Source: an uncultured Dehalococcoidia bacterium
GTDB taxonomy: Bacteria; Chloroflexota; Dehalococcoidia; Lucifugimonadales; UBA3495
Length of the DNA stretch: 64,000 bases
Direction of reading: 5' to 3'
Assembly: GCA_950072105.1 (NCBI GenBank)
Contig: CATMOE010000003.1
Coordinates: 1-64,000 of the forward strand
How positions within the stretch are numbered: the first letter of the stretch is position 1; every line of letters begins with the position of its first letter. Below, piece by piece: positions 20,743 through 30,177 of the stretch. The notes beneath the pieces were generated by a model that was not told the origin of the DNA, ran no database searches, and saw only the letters and a program-made list of their open reading frames with translations. Made by a program: the position numbers and the translations under genes.

Positions 20743-22236
20743 TTAGTCCTTCTTTGCCATGGCATCCTGGGCTGCGCTGGTTCCGGCTAATCGGCCGAAG
20801 ACCATTCCGGCGGATAGCCCCGAGCCGCCCGGGTAGTTGTAGTAAAAGAGGCCCCCCACCATCTCGCCGGCGGCGTAGAGACCGGGGATAGCGTCCTGTC
20901 CGTTGGTAACCACCTGGCCCCGGGTGTTGATCTTCACTCCACCGAAGGTGAAGGAGATTCCGCAGGTGACCGCGTATCCCACGTAGGGCGGCGTATCTAT
21001 GGTCTGGGCCCAGTTGGTCTTGGGCGGGGTGATACCCACGGTGCCGCGGCCGTCTTTGACCGTGGGATTGTAGGGCACGTCCTGCTGGACCGCGGCGTTG
21101 TACTCGTTGATGGTCTTCACCAAACCTTCCGGATTTATGTCCAACCGAACGGCCAGTTCTTCGATGGTGTCCGCTTGGGCCATGGTTACCTGGGGGATGT
21201 GGTATTCGTCCCGGAGCAGGTGCTTGACCTTTTCGTCGAAGATCTGGAATCCCAAGCCGTTGGGCTGTTCAAGCAGCGCCCGTCCGTAGGTCACGTAGGT
21301 GTAGTTTCGGAAGTCCGCGCCCTCATCCAGATACCGGTTGCCGTCCAGGTTAACCATGACGCCGAAGGGATAGGAATGCTTCTGGAACAACTCGGTGATG
21401 GTGCGGTCGCCGAAGGCAGGAGCGTTCATGTCCCAGGCAACGGCGTGGCAACTGCTCCAGTGGCCGTGGGCTTGAGCGCCGACTTCCAAAGCCATGCGGA
21501 TGCCGTCGCCGGTGTTGTAGGGGATTCCCCGCACCTTGACCATTTCCCAGCCGGGTCCCAGGTAGCGGCAACGCATCTCGGCGTTAGCTTCAAAGCCGCC
21601 GGCGGCTAGCACCACGCCGCGGCTGGGGATATCCTCGAATCCATCTGGACCCTGCACCCTAAGTCCGCTGACATGACCCTTGTCGTCCTGCAGCAGTTTC
21701 ACACCCTGGGTGGAATAACGGACATCTATCCCTTCTTTTTGGCATGCATCGAACTGCTGGTCGGACAGACCCTTCCCCGCGCCCACGGCTTCCACCAGCA
21801 GGCCACCCCAGAACCGGTATTTGTCGCCGTCCTTGAAGGCCTGTCGTCCGTAGGACAGAACGAAGCGAACGCCCTTTTCCGTAAGCCACTTCATGGCGGG
21901 AAAGGACTGGCTGACCAAGATCTGGGCCAGGTCCGGGTCGGACATTCCCTGGGTGACGCGCATCATGTCGTCGTAGAACTGTTTCTCGGTGTAGCTACCG
22001 ACGTCAACGCCCGCCTGCTCGGTAGGCGACATGTCGGGAATCACTTGCTTGATGTCTTCAAGGTCGTCGAAGGCGAATCGAATAATGCCCCCGGTGAAGT
22101 AGGTATTGCCGCCCCTAAAGTACTCTGGGGCTTTCTCCACCACCAGTACGGATTCACAGATCTCTTTGGCGGCCATTGCCGCGGAAAGGGCGGCGTTACC
22201 GGCCCCAACTACAATTACGTCGTAACTATCTGCCAA
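20743..22236 (-). CDS. tcuA: FAD-dependent tricarballylate dehydrogenase TcuA-like flavoprotein
   Basis: VVGAGNAA, GGN(T)YFT, GGFEAN, FTFGG, GLYAAGE, NYPGGSGL; TTG start after GGAGG. Confidence 0.8.
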   Translation of the reverse strand: MADSYDVIVVGAGNAALSAAMAAKEICESVLVVEKAPEYFRGGNTYFTGGIIRFAFDDLEDIKQVIPDMSPTEQAGVDVGSYTEKQFYDDMMRVTQGMSDPDLAQILVSQSFPAMKWLTEKGVRFVLSYGRQAFKDGDKYRFWGGLLVEAVGAGKGLSDQQFDACQKEGIDVRYSTQGVKLLQDDKGHVSGLRVQGPDGFEDIPSRGVVLAAGGFEANAEMRCRYLGPGWEMVKVRGIPYNTGDGIRMALEVGAQAHGHWSSCHAVAWDMNAPAFGDRTITELFQKHSYPFGVMVNLDGNRYLDEGADFRNYTYVTYGRALLEQPNGLGFQIFDEKVKHLLRDEYHIPQVTMAQADTIEELAVRLDINPEGLVKTINEYNAAVQQDVPYNPTVKDGRGTVGITPPKTNWAQTIDTPPYVGYAVTCGISFTFGGVKINTRGQVVTNGQDAIPGLYAAGEMVGGLFYYNYPGGSGLSAGMVFGRLAGTSAAQDAMAKKD

Positions 22237-22484
22237 GACGCACCTCCAGCGCATTTGCTAATTGTGGTATTTAATATATTGGTCATTGGGTGAATCGACT
22301 CGCATCATCATACCGGCTGGTAGGTCAAGTCTCAACAAAGCTGGGCGGTGAGCTCCGAGATGGCCTTTTCGATGGCCGGCCGGGCGCGCCGGGTCATCTG
22401 GTTGCCGAAGGGCCTTCGGCATATTAAGATACAGCCTGATTAAAAGCACAGAAATTCTGTCGAGAATTGGAGCATCTAGGTTAT

Positions 22485-23456
22485 ATGAAAGCAGTGAGAC
22501 TAACCGCCCCTAAGCATTTCGAGTTCGTTGAGACCGAGACACCGGCGCCTAGTGATGGCCAATGCCTGATAAAGATCGAACGGGTTTCGGTTTGCGGCAG
22601 TGACATACGCCATAGCTATGGGCCTATCCTTTCGGAAGATCACTACCCCTTCGCCCCCGGGAAGCCTTGTCATGAGGTAGCCGGAACCATCGTGGAGAGC
22701 CGTACCGACGGGTTCCCCGTTGGGCGGCGGGCCATCGTCATCCCCAGCGGCGACGCCGGAGGCCTGGCGGAGTACATCGTTTCCGGGCCGGAGCGCATCG
22801 CGCTTTTGCCCGACGAAGGGCATCTGGACGAGTGGCTGATGTGCCAACCTTCGGGCACCGTCCTCTACTCATGCCAACAGATGCCTAATCTGTTGGGCAA
22901 AACGGTCCTGGTTCTGGGCCAAGGCAGCATCGGGCTCAGCTTCACGATGATAACTTCGAGGATGGGCGCACGCACCGTGATCGGCGCCGACCTGCTCGAT
23001 TACCGCTTGGAAAAGTCGAAAGAGATGGGCGCCACCCACACCATTAATCCGAGCCGGGATGAGATTGGAGAGGCGGTATTGGAGATCACCGATGGAGTGG
23101 GACCCGACGTGATAGTGGAAGCGGCCGGATACCCGGACACATTCAACATGGCTTTCCGGTTGATCCGCCAGTTCGGCACTGTCATCATTTTCGGAGTTCA
23201 AACTGACCATATGGTGCCGATCGAGCACAATCTGCTGTTGGACAAGCAGCCTCGAATCATACCCACCACCGGCGCTCGCAGTGGCGACCCCATCGCTCAC
23301 ATCCGTGAGATTGTGGGTTTGCGGGAGCGCGGCTGGTGCGACCCCGGCGCTCTGGTAACCCATCGCACCGGACTCTCCGATGTCCAGAATGCTTATGACA
23401 TGTACGAACAGCAATTGGATGAAGTCATCAAAGTGGTCATGACCATCGACGAGTAA
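22485..23456 (+). CDS. Zinc-binding medium-chain dehydrogenase
   Basis: CGSD, CHE, GQGSIG Rossmann motif. Confidence 0.85.
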   Translation: MKAVRLTAPKHFEFVETETPAPSDGQCLIKIERVSVCGSDIRHSYGPILSEDHYPFAPGKPCHEVAGTIVESRTDGFPVGRRAIVIPSGDAGGLAEYIVSGPERIALLPDEGHLDEWLMCQPSGTVLYSCQQMPNLLGKTVLVLGQGSIGLSFTMITSRMGARTVIGADLLDYRLEKSKEMGATHTINPSRDEIGEAVLEITDGVGPDVIVEAAGYPDTFNMAFRLIRQFGTVIIFGVQTDHMVPIEHNLLLDKQPRIIPTTGARSGDPIAHIREIVGLRERGWCDPGALVTHRTGLSDVQNAYDMYEQQLDEVIKVVMTIDE

Positions 23457-23508
23457 TCTCCCCGTACCTAGAATCCTAGGGTTAAAGAACAAGTCAGGCG
23501 GCAGCAGG

Positions 23509-24375
23509 ATGGAGCCAGTTCTGGAAATTAGTATGGTTAGGGAGAATCTGGCCTTAGCCATCGCTGTCTGGACGGCGGTGAAAAAGGGGTTGATCACCAC
23601 GGCCCACCTCCCGACGGGCCGCGCCGCGGTTACTTCTGACGCGGGCCGAGTCGTCGAGATCTTCAATCCGCTGGAACTGCACGGAGAGGGCGACTTGATC
23701 CGGGGAGCGACTAACCAGGTGAGAGCGGCCTTCGCTTTTTCCGTGATCCAGACCCATCGCATCCTGGAATCGGTGTACGACGGTCCACCGTTGCAAGACC
23801 CAGACCAAGAGCGGAAGGCGGCCCGGTGCACCATCTACCTGCTCAACAACTCCATGCGCCGGGGAATGTTGACCCCCACTTGGTCCTGCCCTCTGGGATT
23901 CCGCCGAAATTTCAAAGTTGGCTCTATCTCCTTCGCGTTAGACGCTTCGGAGCTGGACGGAAAGACGGTTTATTGGGATGACTTCGGCGGCCTGGAGAAA
24001 TATCTAGAACTGCTGGCCTATCTGGCCGAGCAGGCGAAGGAACCTCCTCAGAAAACCGCGCCTCGCGCCAGGGGTCAGGCCGCTCAAGAATCACGATCGA
24101 TCCGCCAAGATTTCATGGAGGCGGCTTCAGCCTCCGACCCAGTGTCCCAGTTCATCGGCGCCCGCTGCATGATTGGCCCTGAGGCCCAGACCATCGCCGG
24201 AGGGCTGTACGACGAATACGTGAATTGGTGCCAAGAAACCGGGCAAGAGACACTGGGTCAGCGCAGTTTCGGTATGCAGTTGACCAAGCTTGGGTTTACG
24301 AGGCGTAGGCGGGGAAGAGGGCGCCACTGGTGGCAAGGCATCGGATTGGCTGGGGCGACCGGTCAACGGCAGTAG
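23509..24375 (+). CDS. Hypothetical protein with C-terminal phage primase/D5-type winged-helix domain
   Basis: C-terminus DPV..FI..RC...LY..Y..WC...G......F...L...GF......W.GI.L. Confidence 0.6.
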   Translation: MEPVLEISMVRENLALAIAVWTAVKKGLITTAHLPTGRAAVTSDAGRVVEIFNPLELHGEGDLIRGATNQVRAAFAFSVIQTHRILESVYDGPPLQDPDQERKAARCTIYLLNNSMRRGMLTPTWSCPLGFRRNFKVGSISFALDASELDGKTVYWDDFGGLEKYLELLAYLAEQAKEPPQKTAPRARGQAAQESRSIRQDFMEAASASDPVSQFIGARCMIGPEAQTIAGGLYDEYVNWCQETGQETLGQRSFGMQLTKLGFTRRRRGRGRHWWQGIGLAGATGQRQ

Positions 24376-24434
24376 ACCGGCCTTAGACTGCCGGGATGTT
24401 AGCAGTCCGAACCGGACTGAGCGGCGCTGCCGCG

Positions 24435-24590
24435 TCAACAACCGGGCTGTCCCAAGTTACCGCAGCAGTTGCGCCGGGACTTTATCTTGATAAAGTTGTT
24501 GGCTAGAACCAGCCGGACCTTCCGCCAGAAGGGCATTTCTTGACGCAAGTTGTCGATCAAGGCTACTGAATGGTGATGCTGTTCTCCCAT
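24435..24590 (-). CDS. Small protein with C-terminal CCG..GQPGC motif
   Basis: 51-aa ORF with His-rich start and Cys-rich end. Confidence 0.5.
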   Translation of the reverse strand: MGEQHHHSVALIDNLRQEMPFWRKVRLVLANNFIKIKSRRNCCGNLGQPGC

Positions 24591-24800
24591 AGGCCGCCAA
24601 TTATGCTCCCTTGGCCCATAGTTGTACACCGGATATTTTCGAACCCCCCCGATGTCAACGGAGAGAGGCTTCTTGCCAATGGCGGTTTGACCGGCTCTCA
24701 ACGTACGCCGGAAAGCCTCTCTATCCCGTCCGTCCTGAGCCTGTCAAAGGACTTGACTGATGGGACTGCGGAAAATACGAGCTAGGCCTAGGAGGTTCCC

Positions 24801-26153
24801 ATGGCTGAAGATTATCTGGACCGCTTAGCGGGTTTCGTCACTGATGTCAGACTGGAAAACTTGGACGAGTCGACGGTAGCCGCCGCCAAGAACGTGGTGC
24901 TGGACACTATCGGCGCCATCTTGGCCGGAAGCCGCATGGCTGAAAACGCCAACTTCGCTCGATTCGCGCTTACCACCGGAACCGGGAAATCTTCCCTTTT
25001 CGGCCACAATGGCAAGCTTCAGCCCATGTTTGCTGCCTTGGTCAACGCCACCGCCGGGGTTGCTCTGGAGATGGACGAAGGGTCTCGCTTGGGCGGAGGC
25101 CACCCGTCCATCCACGTGAGCCCAGGGGCGATCGCCGTGGCCGAGGACCGGGGGAGCAGTGGCAAGGAGTTGCTGGAAAGCATCATAGCCGGATACGAAG
25201 TCACGTCCCGCATCGGCACCGCGACGGTCGCTAAGGATGAGATCCATTCCCACGGCACCTGGGGGACCATGGGCACCGCCGCCGCAACCGCCCGGCTGCT
25301 GGGATTCGACGCCGCTCAGACCAGGACGGCGATGAATCTGGCCGTTTCGATGAGTCCGGCCAACACCTGGACGCCGTGCCTGGAAGGCGCTACCATACGC
25401 AACCTGTATCCCGGACGGTCCGGCTTCCAAGGCATACTGGCCGCCCATCTGGGCGAGTGCGGGTTCACGGGCCTCAAGGACGGTCCAGCCGATCTGTACC
25501 AGTCAATCCTGGGTGAGAGTTTTGACCGGAACGCCGTGGTCGACGGCCTGGGCGAGCCGGGCTCTTACCGGATCCAGCGCAACTATTTCAAATTCCATGC
25601 TTGCTGTTTGTACAACCATCCGGCCCTGGACGCGATCCAATCGTTGCTCCGGAGGGAAGAGTTCGGTCCAGGGGACGTTAGCCGTATCCAGGTGGAAGCG
25701 CCTCCCTTGGCGCTGATAATGGCCGACCCTGAGCCGGAAAACATGCTGGCCGCCAAGTTCTCCATCCCCTATGCCGTGGCCGCCATGGTGGTGCGGGGCA
25801 GCGCCGACGTCACCTCGTTCTATCCACAACAGGTCTCCGACTCCCAAACAAGGCAACTCGCCAAGCTGGTGGAAGTTGTGGCCGATTCGGAGATGAGCCT
25901 GCGCCGCTTCGACTACCCCGCGTCCCGGGTCTCGGTGTCATTGAACGACGGCCGCACCCTGGAAGAAAGCGTCACCGTCCAGCGCGGCGACGCCCAAAAC
26001 CCGGTGGACCACGAAGAACTATTAGGCAAGTTCAGGTTCATCGCGGGAGACGCGCTTGGAGAATCAAGGATCAAACAGGTTATAGACACGGTCGCCAGGC
26101 TAGACTCCTTGGACGACATTGGGGAATTGACGGCGCTGCTGGGAGAAAAGTAG
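24801..26153 (+). CDS. MmgE/PrpD family protein
   Basis: VLDTIG, GHP, GYE, YFKFHACC..H, AKFSIPY. Confidence 0.9.
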   Translation: MAEDYLDRLAGFVTDVRLENLDESTVAAAKNVVLDTIGAILAGSRMAENANFARFALTTGTGKSSLFGHNGKLQPMFAALVNATAGVALEMDEGSRLGGGHPSIHVSPGAIAVAEDRGSSGKELLESIIAGYEVTSRIGTATVAKDEIHSHGTWGTMGTAAATARLLGFDAAQTRTAMNLAVSMSPANTWTPCLEGATIRNLYPGRSGFQGILAAHLGECGFTGLKDGPADLYQSILGESFDRNAVVDGLGEPGSYRIQRNYFKFHACCLYNHPALDAIQSLLRREEFGPGDVSRIQVEAPPLALIMADPEPENMLAAKFSIPYAVAAMVVRGSADVTSFYPQQVSDSQTRQLAKLVEVVADSEMSLRRFDYPASRVSVSLNDGRTLEESVTVQRGDAQNPVDHEELLGKFRFIAGDALGESRIKQVIDTVARLDSLDDIGELTALLGEK

Positions 26154-26192
26154 CCCCCCTTTCGTAACGGGGGGTTGGGGGGATTTCCCCTA
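26152..26192 (-). repeat. REP-like palindromic repeat, family A (copy 2), between convergent stop codons
   Basis: AGCCCCCCTTTCGTAACGGGGGGTTGGGGGGATTTCCCCTA. Confidence 0.8.
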
Positions 26193-26897
26193 CCGACCCC
26201 GCTGGTCACCCCACAGCAGAATGTGCAGCCGGGTGGAGAACCGGAACCCGTGCTTGACGCAGGCCTCAGATACCCACTGTTGGCGGTTTCGGAGGACCTC
26301 CTGGTCGCGCCCTTCCGGAAGGAGGATGATTCGTAGGGGAGGAATGTGGTATTTCTCCGCTAGGCCGCAAACCTCTTCGATGTCTTGAGGCTCCACGACG
26401 ACGAACTTGAAGTAGGCGTTGGGAATGCGGGAGAAGCTCTCCAGGGTACCTGGCACCAGCCGCCGCTCCAACCGGTTGCCCGAGGTGCTCAGTTTGGGAG
26501 AGACGTTCCATTGATCGATGTCCCGCTCCATCTCCGGTATGGGAGCGATGGTGCCGTTGGTTTCCACTTCGCAATAAAACCCCTGTTGCTTCAATTCGGA
26601 TATCAGCGGGGCCAGCTCCGTTTGCTGCAACAAGGGCTCGCCGCCGGTCACAACCAGGTGGGGACATTCGTAGGACAGAATCTTCTCACGGACCTGTTCC
26701 GTGTCTAGGGCTATGACCTCTTTCTTGTAATCGTAGTTTTCCCAGTCCCAGGTGTACTTTGTATCGCACCAACTACAGGATAGGTTGCACAAGGATAGAC
26801 GCAGAAACACCGTGGCGACGCCGATGGTGGCCCCTTCCCCTTGCAGGGAGTGGAAGATTTCTGGCTGACCGCCGGGTTGCCGACTTAACTTCAGCAC
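26190..26897 (-). CDS. queE: 7-carboxy-7-deazaguanine synthase (radical SAM)
   Basis: FHSLQGEG, CNLSCSWCDT, TGGEP, ETNG, SPK. Confidence 0.93.
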   Translation of the reverse strand: MLKLSRQPGGQPEIFHSLQGEGATIGVATVFLRLSLCNLSCSWCDTKYTWDWENYDYKKEVIALDTEQVREKILSYECPHLVVTGGEPLLQQTELAPLISELKQQGFYCEVETNGTIAPIPEMERDIDQWNVSPKLSTSGNRLERRLVPGTLESFSRIPNAYFKFVVVEPQDIEEVCGLAEKYHIPPLRIILLPEGRDQEVLRNRQQWVSEACVKHGFRFSTRLHILLWGDQRGR

Positions 26898-26910
26898 GGG
26901 CTATCCATCA

Positions 26911-27657
26911 TCAAAGGCCGTCCTGAGACCGAGTGAGGGCCGGGTCCGAGACTCCGGCTTCTTCGAACCCTTTGGCCCGAAGCAAACAACTGTCACAACT
27001 TCCGCAGGGGACCGCGCCTCCCTGGTAACAACTCCAGGTAAGTTCCAGCGGCGCTTTCAGCCGCAGGCCCAGCTTCACGATCTCCATCTTAGACAACTCT
27101 ATGATCGGGGTTTTGACCTGGATAGGGATCTGGTATTCGGTCCACAACTTGCTGCCGTAGGCCAGCGCTTCGGTCATCTTGTGAAAGTATTCGGGGCGGC
27201 AATCGGGATAGCCGCTGTAGTCGATGGCGTTGGGGGCCATGTAGAGCAGGGCTGCCACTTCGTCTGGAGGAACGCCGTCTATCTCAAGAGCGTACAGCAC
27301 CTGACTCTCTAGGTAGGCAGCGGCCAAAGACAGGAAGATGGTGTTGCGGAGGGGAACGTAGGTTATGGGGACGCTGGCGCCCATCCGGTCGAGGGAACGG
27401 TCCTCGGGAACGGGAAACCGGTCGGGGTTGGTCAGCGCGGAATACCAGGCGACTTGGCCGAGAAAGGAGATGTCTAGCAATTGGTGTTGAATACCCAAGA
27501 CCCCGGCGATCTCTTGAGCGCAGTCCACTTCTTTACTGTGACTTTGTCCGTAGTGGAAGGTGATAGCGGACAGGTTGCCGGTCTCTTGCAGCGCTTGAAC
27601 CGCGACGGTCGTGGAATCCAGGCCTCCGGAGAGAAGGGTCACGGCGTAGCTGGGCAT
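26911..27657 (-). CDS. queC: 7-cyano-7-deazaguanine synthase
   Basis: LSGGLDS, YVPLRN, YPDCR, WSCY...CGSCDSC. Confidence 0.95.
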   Translation of the reverse strand: MPSYAVTLLSGGLDSTTVAVQALQETGNLSAITFHYGQSHSKEVDCAQEIAGVLGIQHQLLDISFLGQVAWYSALTNPDRFPVPEDRSLDRMGASVPITYVPLRNTIFLSLAAAYLESQVLYALEIDGVPPDEVAALLYMAPNAIDYSGYPDCRPEYFHKMTEALAYGSKLWTEYQIPIQVKTPIIELSKMEIVKLGLRLKAPLELTWSCYQGGAVPCGSCDSCLLRAKGFEEAGVSDPALTRSQDGL

Positions 27658-27660
27658 GCC

Positions 27661-28080
27661 TTATTGCCCGCCGGAAAACTCGGCGTATTGGTCAAGGGAT
27701 TCCCACAGCCGAACCTTGACCGGGGACACCCCGCAAAGCTCGACCACTTTGTTGTAGAGTTCTCTGGAAAGGACTTCGCAAGATGGGTTCTCTTCGTGGA
27801 ATTGGTAGATCCGGCCTTTAGAGGCAGGCGTCAGACCTTCGATCAACTCAATGTCCCTGCTGTTTACTAAAAATGAGTGGTCCCAGTTGTCGTCGATCCA
27901 CGCTTTAACCCGGTGCTTCAATTCGGTGAAGTCGAACACCAAACCCTGGGAATCCAGCGTGTCGGATTGCAAGAAGACCTCGGCACGGTAGGTATGGCCG
28001 TGGGGAAAGGCGCACTTGCCGTCATAGTCCAGCAGCCGGTGGCCGCTATCGAAGGTCGTTTCGATCCTTACCAGGTACAT
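27661..28080 (-). CDS. queD: 6-carboxytetrahydropterin synthase
   Basis: FDSGH, C..PHGHTY, DH, NPSCE, WES. Confidence 0.92.
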   Translation of the reverse strand: MYLVRIETTFDSGHRLLDYDGKCAFPHGHTYRAEVFLQSDTLDSQGLVFDFTELKHRVKAWIDDNWDHSFLVNSRDIELIEGLTPASKGRIYQFHEENPSCEVLSRELYNKVVELCGVSPVKVRLWESLDQYAEFSGGQ

Positions 28081-28087
28081 GCGCCCT

Positions 28088-28525
28088 TCAGTTCCCGGGA
28101 TGCTCTACGGTTACCGCGGTGTGTATCCCGCCCCTGACTTTGTAGTCCAGAGTCACTTTCATGCTTCTGGGGTGGCAGAGGGCGACCAGGTCCAACAATA
28201 TGCGGTTGGCCGCGTGTTCTTGGACTATGCCAACGTCCCGGTAGGAGAGGAGGTAGTACTTCAATGACTTGAGTTCGATGCAGCTTTCGCCGGGGATGTA
28301 GGAGATGGTGAGGGTGCCGTAGTCGGGCAAACGAGTCCAAGGGCAGACTGCCGTGAACTCGTCTGTATCTATGTCTACCTGGGTCTCCTGGCCGGGGTAT
28401 TCGTACCGGAAGGCCAGTAGACACTCGGCATCGATGACCGCTTCCTCGCGGACTAAAACGGGGCGGTCCAGGCTTTCGTATTGCTGTTGAAGTTGGGCGT
28501 CTTTCAGTTCCGGAATCGTAGCCAC
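28088..28525 (-). CDS. queF: NADPH-dependent preQ0 reductase, single-domain type
   Basis: EFTAVCP.T.LPD, ELKSLKYY, QE, RGGI; GTG start at 28525 after AAGGGGG. Confidence 0.92.
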   Translation of the reverse strand: MATIPELKDAQLQQQYESLDRPVLVREEAVIDAECLLAFRYEYPGQETQVDIDTDEFTAVCPWTRLPDYGTLTISYIPGESCIELKSLKYYLLSYRDVGIVQEHAANRILLDLVALCHPRSMKVTLDYKVRGGIHTAVTVEHPGN

Positions 28526-28561
28526 GGGGCCCCCTTTGATATCAGGAAATCTATTGAGGAC

Positions 28562-28591
28562 ATGATAGGGGTCTGGCCATGATGGTGTCAA
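28562..28591 (-). promoter_or_regulatory. Sigma70-like promoter for the que operon
   Basis: TTGACA-N18-TATCAT on the minus strand, about 35 nt upstream of the queF GTG. Confidence 0.5.
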
Positions 28592-28752
28592 AATTGCCGG
28601 GTGGGGGCCATTTACGGCGCGATGCCATCCACGCTCAGCTTTGCCTTGCACACCGGAGTCCGGCAGGCTAACATACATCTGGTTACGAGGCTCCGGTTTA
28701 CGTAAAGTTTTATTCAAGATTCAAAAAAGATTGTCTGAACTCCGAGCAAGCA

Positions 28753-29265
28753 ATGCCCTATTCTCTAACAGATCTGGACGGCATGTCCTTGGAAGCGGCT
28801 CAAGCGCTGCCCTTTGAGGAGCGAGACCGGCTGCTGGACCTGATCATCGCCGCCGGCCGGGGCCAGTCTACCGATGTGGTTTCCTACCGCACCGGCCTTT
28901 ATGCAGACTATTTCGAAGAAGATCTGACTCGGATGCTGAAGGTTAAGGCCATCAAGGTCCTTTGCCGTGGAACAACTTCTTCCGGGTTCGATGGCCTGCC
29001 GGTGGGCGAGAACGACGAGGAGCAATACCGTGCGTGTTTCCGCCACGTCAAGACTCACCTGGACGCCGCCAAGACAAGTTTCAGCCGGGTGGTCACGTTG
29101 ATCGTTTTCCTGACCAACATGGATAATTGGCTGCTGTTTAACGAAGTATACCGGGAGTTTATCCCAAACCCGCCATGCCGGGCGGTGATCGGGACCACGG
29201 GGCTGGCTCAAAAACCGTTGGCGATCGAGATTGTGGAATGCATCGCTTACCGGGTGGCGGAATAG
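28753..29265 (+). CDS. RidA/YjgF family protein with atypical N-terminal extension
   Basis: C-terminal VFL.NM...FNEVY.EF...PPCR...EI. Confidence 0.75.
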   Translation: MPYSLTDLDGMSLEAAQALPFEERDRLLDLIIAAGRGQSTDVVSYRTGLYADYFEEDLTRMLKVKAIKVLCRGTTSSGFDGLPVGENDEEQYRACFRHVKTHLDAAKTSFSRVVTLIVFLTNMDNWLLFNEVYREFIPNPPCRAVIGTTGLAQKPLAIEIVECIAYRVAE

Positions 29266-29329
29266 CGGTCAGTATACCGTGATGCGTCGAATTTGCCATT
29301 ATCGGCAGTAAAGACATTGGAGGGACGAG

Positions 29330-29767
29330 ATGAGCGACTTATCCTTGGCCTATAAAGTCCATAGTTACAGCACCGGTACTCCAGGAAGGGCTATCTGCAA
29401 CGCTCGCACCCATCACTGGGTGGCCGACGGCAGCGGCGGCGAAATGGTCGGCGCCGGTGAGTTGTTTCTTTCCGGCATCGCGGCGTGCGCGGTGAATATG
29501 GTCGAAGGCATAGCCCGGGACGATCAGATAGCCCTGGAATGGATGGACGTCAGCGTGGAGTCCTATCGCGACCCCGCCAAAGATCATGGAGACCTCTCCC
29601 TTTACGATGCCATCAGAGTTAACTTTGAGATGTGGGGAGTAGACGACGACCAAGCCCACGAGCTGGTGGAAATCTGGAAACGGCGTTGACCCCTCTACGG
29701 TTCGGTCGCCGTGGCGACCCCAGACACCACCGTGGACCTGGTAGCGCACTCGGAGTTTCACCGGTAG
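29330..29767 (+). CDS. OsmC/Ohr family protein, candidate selenoprotein (UGA at 29687-29689)
   Basis: GELFLSGIAAC (first Cys); KRR-UGA-PLYGSV at the second Cys-Pro position; frame stays open to TAG 29767; hairpin at 29704-29719. Confidence 0.8.
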
Positions 29768-30177
29768 CAAGAACCGGGGCCGGAACGCGATCCGCGTTCC
29801 GGTCCAGTTTCCGGCGGGGTAGCATCTTATCTGGCGGCCCCAACCGGCCTGCCCAGCCTCCCAGATTTCCCTAGCCGTCTTTGGGTTAGGGAAGATTTGG
29901 CTGAAATTCGCGCACTAGGATCCCCTCTCTTTTGCCCTTTGGCATACTCCCTAGCATGCCTTGCTACAATAACAGCAAGAGCCGGCTGTTAACCGGCGAT
30001 TTTGGCTTGAATCTGGATGGGCTTCAGCGGCCGGGCTGAGGCGCGCCAAAGTCCTTACAGATTCAGGTAGTTGTTTTGCACCCTGAGCGCGGATACTTCA
30101 ATCCGCCTCTGATTGCGCCGTTATTCCCGGTCTAGCTTTGCGCCCGGCGCCGATCGTCAACCGGTAACAAAGGTCCA

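Noticed and set aside
22869..23834. Long antisense ORFs (for example 22869..23834, 50965..51735, 57063..57785, 63400..63999)
   Set aside because: They are shadow frames of well-supported genes on the opposite strand in GC-rich DNA and carry no recognisable motifs.
24399..24437. Sec read-through of the TGA after GQPGC
   Set aside because: No convincing downstream hairpin and no family-level Cys expectation at that position, so it is treated as a normal stop.
24726..24752. Third REP-like motif CCGTCCGTCCTGAGCCTGTCAAAGGAC
   Set aside because: It resembles a common palindromic repeat half-site but occurs once in the window without a partner, so it cannot be supported.
26190..28525. que genes as a phage/dpd 7-deazaguanine DNA modification system
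   Set aside because: No dpdA or DNA transglycosylase is nearby, and the queF-D-C-E set fits ordinary tRNA queuosine precursor synthesis.
28526..28750. preQ1 riboswitch upstream of queF, and the long queF N-terminus (start 28717) in the ORF track
   Set aside because: No preQ1 consensus is visible. A promoter-like motif and an RBS close to GTG 28525 favour the shorter gene and leave little leader.
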